Shown piece after piece: positions 39,354-48,486 of a DNA stretch of 64,000 bases. Under the pieces are notes generated by a model. It did no database searches. It was not told where the DNA came from and was given only the letters and a program-made list of their open reading frames with translations. Position numbers and translations under genes: made by a program. The stretch's first letter is position 1, and every line of letters begins with the position of its first letter. The DNA is taken from positions 3,968,001-4,032,000 of the forward strand of contig CBDIID010000003.1 in the NCBI GenBank assembly GCA_965279515.1, given 5' to 3'. This DNA comes from Turneriella sp. (GTDB taxonomy: Bacteria > Spirochaetota > Leptospiria > Turneriellales > Turneriellaceae).

Positions 39354-39386
39354 TTAGGGGGGCTGCGCCACCCCTGGGCCCCCTGC
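39354..39386. repeat. REP-like palindrome, family 1
   Basis: TTAGGGGGGCTGCGCCACCCCTGGGCCCCCTGC, similar to 57618-57650. Confidence 0.55.
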
Positions 39387-39398
39387 TGCTTGAGCACA

Positions 39399-39941
39399 TC
39401 AAAAGTACCAAGCCCCTATTATCGAAATCACTCCGCCGTGCGGCAGTATTGCGTTTGTATTGCGATAGAAGGGTAGTTGTACCCCCGCTTCGACCGCAAC
39501 CGCAAAATTCTGTGAGACGAAAAATTCGAGGCCGCTGCGTCCTGTAATAGCTGCGCTGTCGCGGCCGTCGCTGAATTGGTAGAGATAATTGAGTTCTGAG
39601 ACAAAATAGGGTCTCCAGAAATTGCTGACCAGCACGGGATAGCGCAGAATGAACTGGCTGACTGGCATGACTGAGATTAAGTACTGTGTCGAAGTACCCG
39701 GTTCGTCACGCAGAGTGAAGAGCGTGCGGCCGCCGGCGGCATAGGCGAACCAACTGTTGAAGGCATACGATGCTCTGAGGCCGACGCCCTGGTACGGCGC
39801 GGCGAGGGAATAATCCCAATGGATGCCATGCGCGGCTGTGTTCGGGCGGAATCTCTCTTCCACAGCTCCCTGAGCTTGCACCGCCGCGCTCAGCAGTAAG
39901 CAGGAAATCCCCATAAGTGCCGATCGTGTTATCTGTTTCAT
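39399..39941 (-). CDS. Small outer-membrane beta-barrel-like protein
   Basis: Signal peptide ending AVQA; amphipathic strands; C-terminal GAWYF. Confidence 0.6.
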   Translation of the reverse strand: MKQITRSALMGISCLLLSAAVQAQGAVEERFRPNTAAHGIHWDYSLAAPYQGVGLRASYAFNSWFAYAAGGRTLFTLRDEPGTSTQYLISVMPVSQFILRYPVLVSNFWRPYFVSELNYLYQFSDGRDSAAITGRSGLEFFVSQNFAVAVEAGVQLPFYRNTNAILPHGGVISIIGAWYF

Positions 39942-40012
39942 GTCATTCTCCATTCATAGAATGTATCGACCTTATAAGGGATTTTTCGGCTTTGTCGACT
40001 CTTTGTATACAA

Positions 40013-40462
40013 ATGGACGCTGAAATTGAGCGGCTCGCCGGCATCACACGCGCACAGGCGCTGCGCGTAGACGAAGTTAACGTCTACGAACGACTGGGTG
40101 AGGCCACGATTCTGAAACTGAGCACCGCCTTCTACACGCGGGTCTATGCCGACAGCGAGCAGTGGTTCCGCAATATCTTCAAGGGGCGCCCCATTGAAGA
40201 GGCGATTCAGAATCAGGTGGATTTCTTCATTCAGCGCCTCGGCGGCCCGCCGAGGTTTTCTGAGCGCAAGGGACATCCCGCGCTCATTGCCCGGCATTTA
40301 AATTTCAATATGAACCAAAAGGCCGCGGAGCGCTGGCTTTTTCACATGCGCCTGGCCTTCGACGATACACCCGAAATCGACACCGATTCGCGCCAGCGCA
40401 TGCTCGACTTCTTCACGCATACGGCATACTTTTTGCACCTGGGCGTCAGTTCCCGGAAATAA
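40013..40462 (+). CDS. Group II truncated hemoglobin, plant GLB3-like
   Basis: LSTAFYTRVY, AIQNQVDFFIQRLGGP, RKGHPALIARH, AAERWL.HM. Confidence 0.88.
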   Translation: MDAEIERLAGITRAQALRVDEVNVYERLGEATILKLSTAFYTRVYADSEQWFRNIFKGRPIEEAIQNQVDFFIQRLGGPPRFSERKGHPALIARHLNFNMNQKAAERWLFHMRLAFDDTPEIDTDSRQRMLDFFTHTAYFLHLGVSSRK

Positions 40463-40466
40463 AATG

Positions 40467-40540
40467 TGGGCACACCAGGACTTGAACCTGGGACCAACGG
40501 ATTATGAGTCCGCCGCTCTAACCAACTGAGCTATGTGCCC
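40467..40540 (-). tRNA. tRNA with CAT anticodon, probably tRNA-Ile2 (lysidine); CCA not encoded
   Basis: GGGCACA TAGCTCAGTTGGTTAGAGC GGCGGA CTCATAA TCCGT...GGTTCAAGTCC...TGTGCCCA cloverleaf. Confidence 0.92.
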
Positions 40541-40546
40541 GAAAAA

Positions 40547-40627
40547 GAGCCCGCGGTCTAACCAACTGTGAGCGTCTTCGCTCTCCGGAGCAAAATGCTA
40601 TGCATTTTGCGGAGGTGCTATGTGCCC
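40547..40627 (-). pseudogene. 5'-half copy of the adjacent tRNA, interrupted by a 48-bp hairpin insertion
   Basis: TCTAACCAACTG [40569-40616] GCTATGTGCCC versus TCTAACCAACTGAGCTATGTGCCC in the tRNA. Confidence 0.75.
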
Positions 40628-40751
40628 TAAAAAAAACTCACTCCGTCAAGCTAAAGCATATTCAAAACTGCATTGCTGAAGATAGTTTTCCTGCAATTTT
40701 CGCTTTGCTCGACGCGACACCACGTCTCGACTTTCAGGGCGTGTTAATACC

Positions 40752-42731
40752 ATGAGTAACCCAATCGACGCAAAAAAAGGCATCTATGAAATCGGCTGCG
40801 GTGTCTATGACGTAACCGGGCCGGCTGCCGAGGTCGGTATGATGGGTTTCGCCGATGTCGCGCAGACCACGCAGGGCATCTACATGCGCCTGTGGTCCCG
40901 CGCTTTTATTATCGGTGACGGCGAGCGCCGCGTGGTCTATGTCTGCGCCGACCTGTGTATGATCTACCAGGCCGTGAAGCAGGCTGTCGCCGCCCGTGTG
41001 GCGAAAGACAGTACCCTTTCAGAGTATTACAACGACAAGAACATCCTGCTGAGTGCGACGCATACACACTCGGGCCCGGGTGGCTATTCGCACCATTTCA
41101 TCTATAACCTGACAACGAAGGGATTTATCCCCCAGAACTTTGAAGCGATTGTCGAGGGGATTTATCAGTCGATCAAGCGCGCGCATGCGAACATCGTACC
41201 GGGTAAAATTTTTATCGCGCGCGGCGAAGTCGAGGGTTACGGCCTCAACCGTGCAACAAGGCCGTATGCCATGAACCCAGAGGCGGAACGCCAACGTTAT
41301 GGTTCCGATCTCGATAATGAAATGACTCTTCTTAAGCTGACTGCGCTGGATGGCCGGGAGCTGGGTATGATCAACTGGCTCGGTGTGCATCCCACATCGA
41401 TTGGCCCGTCGAATCGCCTGATCGGCGGCGACAATAAGGGTCTCGCGGAATATTGGTTCGAAAAAGATAAGGGGTCGGATTTTACGAAAACAAATCCCTT
41501 CATTGCCGCTTTTGCTTTAGGGCCTGCAGGAGATGTTTCGCCGAACCTCTGGGGCATCGCCGACGGCATACACGACTACGAGCATATGGAAATTATTGCA
41601 AAGAAAATGTATGATAAAGCGGTCGAACTCTATAACTCCGCCAGCGAACAGATCACCGGCCCCGTCGATTCACGCCACCGTTATACGGATTTCTCGCAGT
41701 TGCACATCGATGCCCTCGACGTCGATACCGTGCCCGCAGCGATGGGCGCGGCCTTTCTTGCCGGTTCGACCGAAGACAATGTTTCGCAGGTCACAGTATT
41801 CCATGAAGGGGTGACCGTGGATTCCTTGCAGGGCAATGAGCGCATCATCGCCAGTGTCGTTGACTCGGCATTCGGCGCGCTCTGGCCCAAAACGCTCGAT
41901 GAGAAATTCATCAAAGGCCACGCGCCCAAAAAGATTCTCGTGCCCACGGGCCTCGCGAGCTGGGATGGCAATCCGTGGACGCCGCAGATTTTGCCGGTGC
42001 AGGTATTCCGTATCGGCCAGTTCGCCATCGCGGCGCAACCCACTGAGATCACAACGATGGCCGGCCGCCGCGTGCGCGATACGGTCAAAAGCGCGCTGGC
42101 CCCGGCCGGTGTGACGCACGCGGTCGTCGCCTCGCATTCCAACGCCTATTCTTCGTATGTGACGACGCGTGAAGAGTATGCTGGCCAGGAATACGAAGGC
42201 GCGTCGACGCACTTCGGCCCCTATACGCTCGACGGTTTTCAGCAGGAGTTTCAGCGGCTCGGTGAGGCGCTCGCCTCGGGATCAGCCGTCGCGCAGGGTG
42301 TCTATCCCAGGGACTTTAAACTGACGCAGCTGACGCTGCAACCCGGCGTGGTCTATGACAATACTTCAGGCGGAAAAAAATTCGGCGACGTGCTTGTCGA
42401 TGCTGCCGCATCGTACAAAGCGGGCGACACCGTTGTTGCCGAATTTCAGTCGGCGCACCCGAAAAATGACCTGCTGACGATGGCAGACTATGCAATCGTG
42501 CAGAAAAAAATTAACGGTGCGTTTGAAAACATTCTCGGTGACCGCGACCCGCAGCTGACCTTCACCTGGCAACGCATCAAAGGCCCCGAATCCAAAGCCA
42601 TTCTGCGCTGGAACACCAAAGATGTCGCACCAGGAGAATACCGCCTTGTGCATCGCGGTGTATCCAAGGCGTTCTGGTTTGGCAGAAAGACGGCGTTCGA
42701 AGGCGTTTCGCGCGTCTTTAAAATCGATTAA
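40752..42731 (+). CDS. Neutral/alkaline ceramidase
   Basis: DVTGPAAEVGMMG, ATHTHSGPGGYS, GVHPTS, GDVSPN, PTEITTMAGRR, YEGASTHFGP; no signal peptide. Confidence 0.92.
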   Translation: MSNPIDAKKGIYEIGCGVYDVTGPAAEVGMMGFADVAQTTQGIYMRLWSRAFIIGDGERRVVYVCADLCMIYQAVKQAVAARVAKDSTLSEYYNDKNILLSATHTHSGPGGYSHHFIYNLTTKGFIPQNFEAIVEGIYQSIKRAHANIVPGKIFIARGEVEGYGLNRATRPYAMNPEAERQRYGSDLDNEMTLLKLTALDGRELGMINWLGVHPTSIGPSNRLIGGDNKGLAEYWFEKDKGSDFTKTNPFIAAFALGPAGDVSPNLWGIADGIHDYEHMEIIAKKMYDKAVELYNSASEQITGPVDSRHRYTDFSQLHIDALDVDTVPAAMGAAFLAGSTEDNVSQVTVFHEGVTVDSLQGNERIIASVVDSAFGALWPKTLDEKFIKGHAPKKILVPTGLASWDGNPWTPQILPVQVFRIGQFAIAAQPTEITTMAGRRVRDTVKSALAPAGVTHAVVASHSNAYSSYVTTREEYAGQEYEGASTHFGPYTLDGFQQEFQRLGEALASGSAVAQGVYPRDFKLTQLTLQPGVVYDNTSGGKKFGDVLVDAAASYKAGDTVVAEFQSAHPKNDLLTMADYAIVQKKINGAFENILGDRDPQLTFTWQRIKGPESKAILRWNTKDVAPGEYRLVHRGVSKAFWFGRKTAFEGVSRVFKID

Positions 42732-44158
42732 ATATTGTTGCAGACGCCGCTGTTGCGGCACTTGCGCAAGTCCATGATGGCTTTTTCGTTCACCAGCGCC
42801 ATTGAGGCGGCGCCGTTCTGCATCGAATAGCGGATAAAATTTTCCCATACAGTCTGGTTTGAAGTTGTCATTTTATCGTAACCCGCGCGGAAGCGTATAT
42901 GATAAGTGAGGAAGGTCTGTTCGAGAATCAGTTTTGCGACATTGCCAACGGGCGTGGTGTACCGATTCTGCCTTGAGTTCGCATACGCTTGCGTGTTCAG
43001 ATAGTTCTCATAATTTTGGGAGGGGTTCGATCCGCCGATTTGCCGTTTACCATAGTGGTCTTCATTGAAACTCTCTATATCGGTGTGGTTGTACCCCGTT
43101 GACACCCAGACATGCGTCATCTGAGTCACGTCGCCCGTGTAATGGTGAGTCAGCGCATAATAAAGTATCTGGTCGCCCGTCACTGTATAATAGCGACCCA
43201 CAATCTGGCTTGTTTGCAAGCTGTCGTTGCGGCTGTTGAGGCCTTCGAGCCAGGCTTCATTGTAATAGAACGTGGCGGCGTTATAAGAAGGTTCCCAGAT
43301 GACCCAATCTTCATTCCCTGTAAAAAAGCTTAGCACATTTCCGCTCGCACCACCTGGTCTGGTGTTGGGAATCTGGTAAGTTCCGCCATGTTCAGTGCCA
43401 ATATCGGGACATGGAAACAACACGGCGCTATCGCTCATGCAGTTGTAGTTCGTGCCGTTATCCAGACCCAGTTGTTTCGATCCATGTGGAGATCCCACAG
43501 GGGTTGTGGAGCCGTTCTGCCGGTAATCCAGAACCGGGTTTGTATTCATTCCGGCTGCGGCCGACTGCCATTCCGCGCATGTTGAATCCGTGCAACCACT
43601 GATATTGATCGTGACGCTGGCATTACCGAGAGCCAGGGCAATCAGTGAATCGAGGGAGCCGAACTCCTGAAAACCGTACGTGCTGTTATACGAATAGCCG
43701 TCTATTATGTTATGGTTGTTGGTAATCAGTGGATCGCCATTTGCGGTAGTTGTTTTCAGGTTGATGAAGTGCGTGTAAGAAGTGAAGTTATTTCCCAGAA
43801 TTGGATCTTCCCAGGCGTAGAAAAGCGGATGGTCCAGAAAAGTATCGCGGAAGTAGTCGACTTTATCCGCGCCGACACGGTGGATGCCGATCGAACCGCA
43901 TTGCGTGTTGTCACCCCGGCCCATTTTCGATGGTGGATAATTCATGTTAACACAAGTACCTGAGTAACGGCCACCGGCCTTTGCCTTGGCAAAATCGGCC
44001 GCCCAGCGCATTTGGTTGGTGCCCTGAAACTCCATATAGAGTACTGATTCTTCTGGAATATTCTGGTGCACGTCGACGGACCACGGAAACGCAGCCGAAC
44101 CGGAGAGACATAAAACCCCGATGAGTAAATGCTGGAGTTGCAGGGAAACTGAGCGCAT
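42728..44158 (-). CDS. Secreted Zn-dependent phospholipase C / S1-P1 superfamily protein
   Basis: Signal peptide then WSVDVH; HHYTGDVTQMTH...HTDIESF matches the HxxxDxxxxxH...HxxxE Zn-ligand pattern. Confidence 0.65.
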   Translation of the reverse strand: MRSVSLQLQHLLIGVLCLSGSAAFPWSVDVHQNIPEESVLYMEFQGTNQMRWAADFAKAKAGGRYSGTCVNMNYPPSKMGRGDNTQCGSIGIHRVGADKVDYFRDTFLDHPLFYAWEDPILGNNFTSYTHFINLKTTTANGDPLITNNHNIIDGYSYNSTYGFQEFGSLDSLIALALGNASVTINISGCTDSTCAEWQSAAAGMNTNPVLDYRQNGSTTPVGSPHGSKQLGLDNGTNYNCMSDSAVLFPCPDIGTEHGGTYQIPNTRPGGASGNVLSFFTGNEDWVIWEPSYNAATFYYNEAWLEGLNSRNDSLQTSQIVGRYYTVTGDQILYYALTHHYTGDVTQMTHVWVSTGYNHTDIESFNEDHYGKRQIGGSNPSQNYENYLNTQAYANSRQNRYTTPVGNVAKLILEQTFLTYHIRFRAGYDKMTTSNQTVWENFIRYSMQNGAASMALVNEKAIMDLRKCRNSGVCNNI

Positions 44159-44201
44159 AGCCCTCAGCTTATATGGTTATTTGATGAACAACTGTGCCAG
44201 T

Positions 44202-44435
44202 TTAACCGTGAACAAGTGTTTTTATTCTTTGAAGGGAGCCGTTTCGGACGGATGTTTTCTGTTCGGTTGGCAGGCCCGGCCAGGCTTTCTTCTCGCTCCG
44301 CGTCAGGCCGCAGGCGCGGCAAAAGGGATGCCCCATTTTGTAAGAGCAGACTTCGATACAGGGGGAATCCCATGTACCCTTTAGCTTTTGTTTAAGCGTG
44401 TGCGCGAGCGACAGCTGCTTTTCCATACCCTGCAT
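44202..44435 (-). CDS. DUF1289-family small Cys protein
   Basis: SPCIEVC...CRACGLTRSEKKAW. Confidence 0.75.
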   Translation of the reverse strand: MQGMEKQLSLAHTLKQKLKGTWDSPCIEVCSYKMGHPFCRACGLTRSEKKAWPGLPTEQKTSVRNGSLQRIKTLVHG

Positions 44436-44466
44436 GGAAGACGCAGGGGCTGGAAAATTAGTGCAA

Positions 44467-46401
44467 TTATTTGTAACTGCGCTGTGTCAGGTGCACCACG
44501 TCGAACTTCAGTTCTTCTTTATGGAGTTCCTGTGGCTGGTTTTCGCCTTTGTATTCCCAGGCACCGACATACGCAAAATTCGAATCGTCGCGCTTTGCTT
44601 CGCCTTCTTCTGTCTGGTATTCTTCACGGAAATGGCCGCCGCACGATTCGTTGCGGTTCAGCGCATCACGCGCCATGAGTTCACCTAAACCAATAAAATC
44701 TTTCACGCGGCCGGCTTTCTCCAGCGACTCGTTGATGCTTGCAGCTGAGCCCGGGACATTGACGTCCTTGTTGAAATCTTCTTTAATTTGCTGGATTTCC
44801 GCGATGGCCTTTTTGAGGCCCGCTTCGGTGCGGCCCATGCCGACGTGTTCCCACATCACGTGACCGAGATGTTTGTGGATCTGGTCGACGGTTTTTTTGC
44901 CCTTGGTGGAGAGCATCTGTGATGTCTCATTTTTAACATTTTGTTCCGCTTCTTCGAATTCTTTGCCTGCGGTCGAAGGGCGGTCAAAACCGACACCGGC
45001 GAGATAATCACCGATCGTCGCCGGCAACACAAAATAACCGTCGGCAAGGCCCTGCATCAGCGCCGAGGCGCCGAGGCGGTTCGCGCCGTGGTCAGAGAAG
45101 TTCGCTTCGCCGCCGACATACAGGCCGGGGATTGTCGACATCAGGTTATAATCTACCCACAGGCCGCCCATGGTATAGTGAACCGCGGGATAAATTTTCA
45201 TCGGCATCTTATAAGGATTTTCACCGCTGATTTTCTCGTACATCTCGAAGAGATTACCGTAACGCTCGGCGATGGTGTGCTCGCCGAGGCGATCGATCGC
45301 CGCTTTGAAGTCGAGAAAAACCGAGAGGCCGGTGGCGTTGACGCCGAAGCCGTGGTCGCAGCGTTCTTTAGCCGCGCGCGAAGCCACGTCGCGTGGCACA
45401 AGGTTACCGAATGACGGGTAACGGCGCTCGAGAAAATAATCGCGCGCGTCTTCAGGAATTTCCTTCGCTGTAATTTCGCCGCGCTGGAGCTTTTCGGACA
45501 CAGCCTTATCTTTCGGCACCCAGACGCGTCCGTCGTTGCGGAGCGATTCACTCATCAGCGTCAGCTTCGACTGGTAGTCGCCGCTTGTGGGTATACAGGT
45601 CGGATGGATCTGCGTGTAGCAGGGGTTGGCGAACAGGGCGCCGCGCTTGTGCGCGCGCCATGATGCAGTTACATTGGAATACATCGCATTGGTCGAAAGG
45701 AAATAAACGTTACCATAACCACCGGTGGCAAGAATCACGGCATGCGCGGCGTGGCGTTTGACTTCGCCGGTAACCAGGTTACGCGTGATGATGCCCTTGG
45801 CATGGCCGTTGACGACAACCACGTCGAGCATCTCGTGGCGGTTGTGCATCTTGACGGTGCCTTCGTGGATCTGGCGGTTGAGTGCGCTGTAAGCGCCGAG
45901 CAGAAGCTGCTGGCCGGTCTGGCCCTTCGCGTAAAACGTACGCGAAACCTGCGCGCCGCCGAACGAACGGTTGTCGAGCATGCCGCCATACTCACGCGCA
46001 AAGGGTACACCCTGTGCAACGGCCTGGTCGATGATATTGACGGAAAGTTCGGCGAGGCGGTAGACATTGCCTTCGCGTGCGCGGTAGTCGCCGCCTTTGA
46101 TCGTGTCATAGAAAAGCCTGTAGACTGAATCGCCGTCGTTGTGATAGTTCTTTGCCGCGTTGATCCCACCCTGTGCAGCAATCGAGTGCGCACGGCGCGG
46201 GCTATCGTGGAAGGAGAAGGCGTGCACGTTATAGCCGAGTTCGCCGAGCGAGGCGGCAGCGGCAGCACCGGCAAGACCTGTGCCGACGACGATCACGTCG
46301 AGTTTACGTTTGTTGGCAGGGTTAACGAGTTTGAGTTTCGCTTTATAGTCGCGCCACTTGGTTTCCAGTGGGCCTTCGGGAATCTTCGAGTCGAGTTTCA
46401 T
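44467..46401 (-). CDS. sdhA: Succinate dehydrogenase/fumarate reductase flavoprotein
   Basis: [58 protein letters not shown]. Confidence 0.95.
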   Translation of the reverse strand: MKLDSKIPEGPLETKWRDYKAKLKLVNPANKRKLDVIVVGTGLAGAAAAASLGELGYNVHAFSFHDSPRRAHSIAAQGGINAAKNYHNDGDSVYRLFYDTIKGGDYRAREGNVYRLAELSVNIIDQAVAQGVPFAREYGGMLDNRSFGGAQVSRTFYAKGQTGQQLLLGAYSALNRQIHEGTVKMHNRHEMLDVVVVNGHAKGIITRNLVTGEVKRHAAHAVILATGGYGNVYFLSTNAMYSNVTASWRAHKRGALFANPCYTQIHPTCIPTSGDYQSKLTLMSESLRNDGRVWVPKDKAVSEKLQRGEITAKEIPEDARDYFLERRYPSFGNLVPRDVASRAAKERCDHGFGVNATGLSVFLDFKAAIDRLGEHTIAERYGNLFEMYEKISGENPYKMPMKIYPAVHYTMGGLWVDYNLMSTIPGLYVGGEANFSDHGANRLGASALMQGLADGYFVLPATIGDYLAGVGFDRPSTAGKEFEEAEQNVKNETSQMLSTKGKKTVDQIHKHLGHVMWEHVGMGRTEAGLKKAIAEIQQIKEDFNKDVNVPGSAASINESLEKAGRVKDFIGLGELMARDALNRNESCGGHFREEYQTEEGEAKRDDSNFAYVGAWEYKGENQPQELHKEELKFDVVHLTQRSYK

Positions 46402-46538
46402 CTGTATTGACGGAGTTTTGGGTCAAGTTAGGGAGTAAACGGATTTTAAGTTTGTGAGTCTGCTAATTTGCAAGGAAGCTCTCAAATAGAGCCGCATCCG
46501 GACTTAAATCCGGAGATATCCGTCTTGTTATGCGATTT

Positions 46539-46580
46539 TTGATCGAATCAGCACATGCATTGATCGGGTAGGAGCAAGAG
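46539..46580 (+). promoter_or_regulatory. Putative AraC-type direct repeat operator
   Basis: TTGATCG at 46539 and 46560 (21-bp period). Confidence 0.45.
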
Positions 46581-46664
46581 GCATATTTTTTTAGGATAAC
46601 TTCCGTGACGGGGCAGGAAAAAACCGTATTTTTAGTATTACTAAACTAAGAACTTGGAGGTTCT

Positions 46665-47222
46665 ATGAAAATAACATTGATTTGCAAACGCTTGCTCCTT
46701 GGTGGAGCTTTACTTTTGGCCGGAACGGTGCACGCCGCAGAACTGAAGGTCAAAAGCAAGACATTACGGGAGGGTGCAACGATTGCGAATTTACATCTGT
46801 TTTCTGGTTTTGGCTGCTCTGGAGAAAATGTCTCTCCCGGTCTGCAGTGGTCCGGAGCTCCGGAAAACACCAAGTTTTTTGCCGTAACCGTTTACGATCC
46901 CGACGCTCCGACAGGAAGTGGGTTTTGGCATTGGACAATTTTCAATATTCCCGGAGATGCCACCGGCCTCGAGGAAAGGGCGGGTAGCGAAAAGGGCGTT
47001 CTGCCTTCCGGAGCCATTCAAGGTCGAACGGATTTTGGGAAACCAGGTTATGGAGGTCCGTGTCCGCCATCTGGAAGCAAGCCGCATCGTTACGTATTCA
47101 AGGTATTTGCTTTGAAAGATAAAGTACCGCTCGACTCAGAAGCTTCCGGGGCCCTCGTAGGGTTTTATCTGAATGCCTTAAAAGTGGCTGAAGGTAAAAT
47201 CACCGCAAAATACGCACGCTGA
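46665..47222 (+). CDS. YbhB/YbcL (PEBP) family exported protein
   Basis: Signal peptide; GFGCSGENVSP.L.W, YDPDAPTGSGFWHW, YGGPCPP...HRY. Confidence 0.92.
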   Translation: MKITLICKRLLLGGALLLAGTVHAAELKVKSKTLREGATIANLHLFSGFGCSGENVSPGLQWSGAPENTKFFAVTVYDPDAPTGSGFWHWTIFNIPGDATGLEERAGSEKGVLPSGAIQGRTDFGKPGYGGPCPPSGSKPHRYVFKVFALKDKVPLDSEASGALVGFYLNALKVAEGKITAKYAR

Positions 47223-47377
47223 TTCAAAAAAAGATACCACAGATATCTTTTTTGATCTTTGTGGTATCTGCGGAACTGCTTAAAAACAAACTTTACATCC
47301 GGAAATGACTTGTGCCACACTTTGCCCATGCAGCCCTTGAAATTTGAGCCTTTCACGAACTGCCCGGGTAGGGTGTC

Positions 47378-48208
47378 ATGAAAAAAAGAATCATAGCCGT
47401 AAGAGAAGGTATGGGAACGACAGCTCAGGTGTTGCAAAAAGAAGAGCTTCTCTTTCCTCAGCTTTTCGCCGACCTGCCAACTTTGATAATCGTGACGAAG
47501 GGAGATAAAATACTTCGTACTAAGGAACATGAATACACCATAAAAGCGGGCGAGGCCGTCGCAATTGCCGGGAATCAAACCTTCGATGTGATAAACCGCC
47601 CTCAAATGGGAGATTTCGAATGCTTTTGGATTGCCTTTCATCAGAAATTATTGCGCAACCACAATTGCACCAGATTTGAACTAACCGCAATGAGAACCAT
47701 TTCGTGCTTGGTTCGTTTGAATCCCGGGTTCGAAGCGTCGTTTCATAGTGCAAGGGAATCTATCTCGCGCGTCGATGAAATACCAGACTCGATTGCTATT
47801 CATAAATTGCAGGAAGTCTTGTTTTGGTTAGAAGAAATGGGAATCCGTTTTGGCCTGTCTGAACCGCTGGGTATGGCGCAAAAAGTGCGCTCTCTTGTAA
47901 GTTCGCAGCTTGCAATGGATTGGTCGGCCACTCAGGTGGCTGGGCAATTAAGGGTGAGTGAAGCGACATTGCGCAGAAAATTGGCGGCCGAGCGTATTTC
48001 TTTTTCTGAAATCCTGATTGATGCGCGCATGTCTCACGCTCTTTCCCTGTTGCAGGCTACAGATCTGACTATTCGAGATATCGCGAAAGAAGTCGGGTAT
48101 GAATCGTCTTCGCGTTTCGCGATGCGTTTCCGGGACCGTTTCGGTAATTCTCCGAATTTATTGAGAAAAGAAAATCACCAGGATCAAGACCGGGCGGCAA
48201 AAGCGTAG
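47378..48208 (+). CDS. AraC-family regulator (YbcM-like)
   Basis: SEATLRRKLAAE, DARMSHALSLL, VGYESSSRFAMRFRDRFGNSP. Confidence 0.9.
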   Translation: MKKRIIAVREGMGTTAQVLQKEELLFPQLFADLPTLIIVTKGDKILRTKEHEYTIKAGEAVAIAGNQTFDVINRPQMGDFECFWIAFHQKLLRNHNCTRFELTAMRTISCLVRLNPGFEASFHSARESISRVDEIPDSIAIHKLQEVLFWLEEMGIRFGLSEPLGMAQKVRSLVSSQLAMDWSATQVAGQLRVSEATLRRKLAAERISFSEILIDARMSHALSLLQATDLTIRDIAKEVGYESSSRFAMRFRDRFGNSPNLLRKENHQDQDRAAKA

Positions 48209-48486
48209 CCGGCTCTCGACAAGGCCATATTAGGGCTGCCCTACCATGTTTGTTCGCAAGCAAGTCATAGATTTCCGGAATCTTTTATGGCCTTTTACAA
48301 CCGGTAGCAGTCATAAGGCGAATGCCGTGCAACAGCGATCGGTTCGAGTTTAAGCATGCTGCAACACTAATAAGTGCCCGTTTGAAAGCACGCCTGAGCT
48401 GCTTGGTCCAGGGTTGCGCCTTTTCCCCAGTTCCGTGCTCATAATGATTTACGTCCTACCGGTTCGCCAAGCGGCATCCCGAAGTC

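Noticed and set aside
40467..44158. tRNA-anchored genomic island or prophage
   Set aside because: No integrase or phage genes, and no distant tRNA 3'-end repeat found in the window
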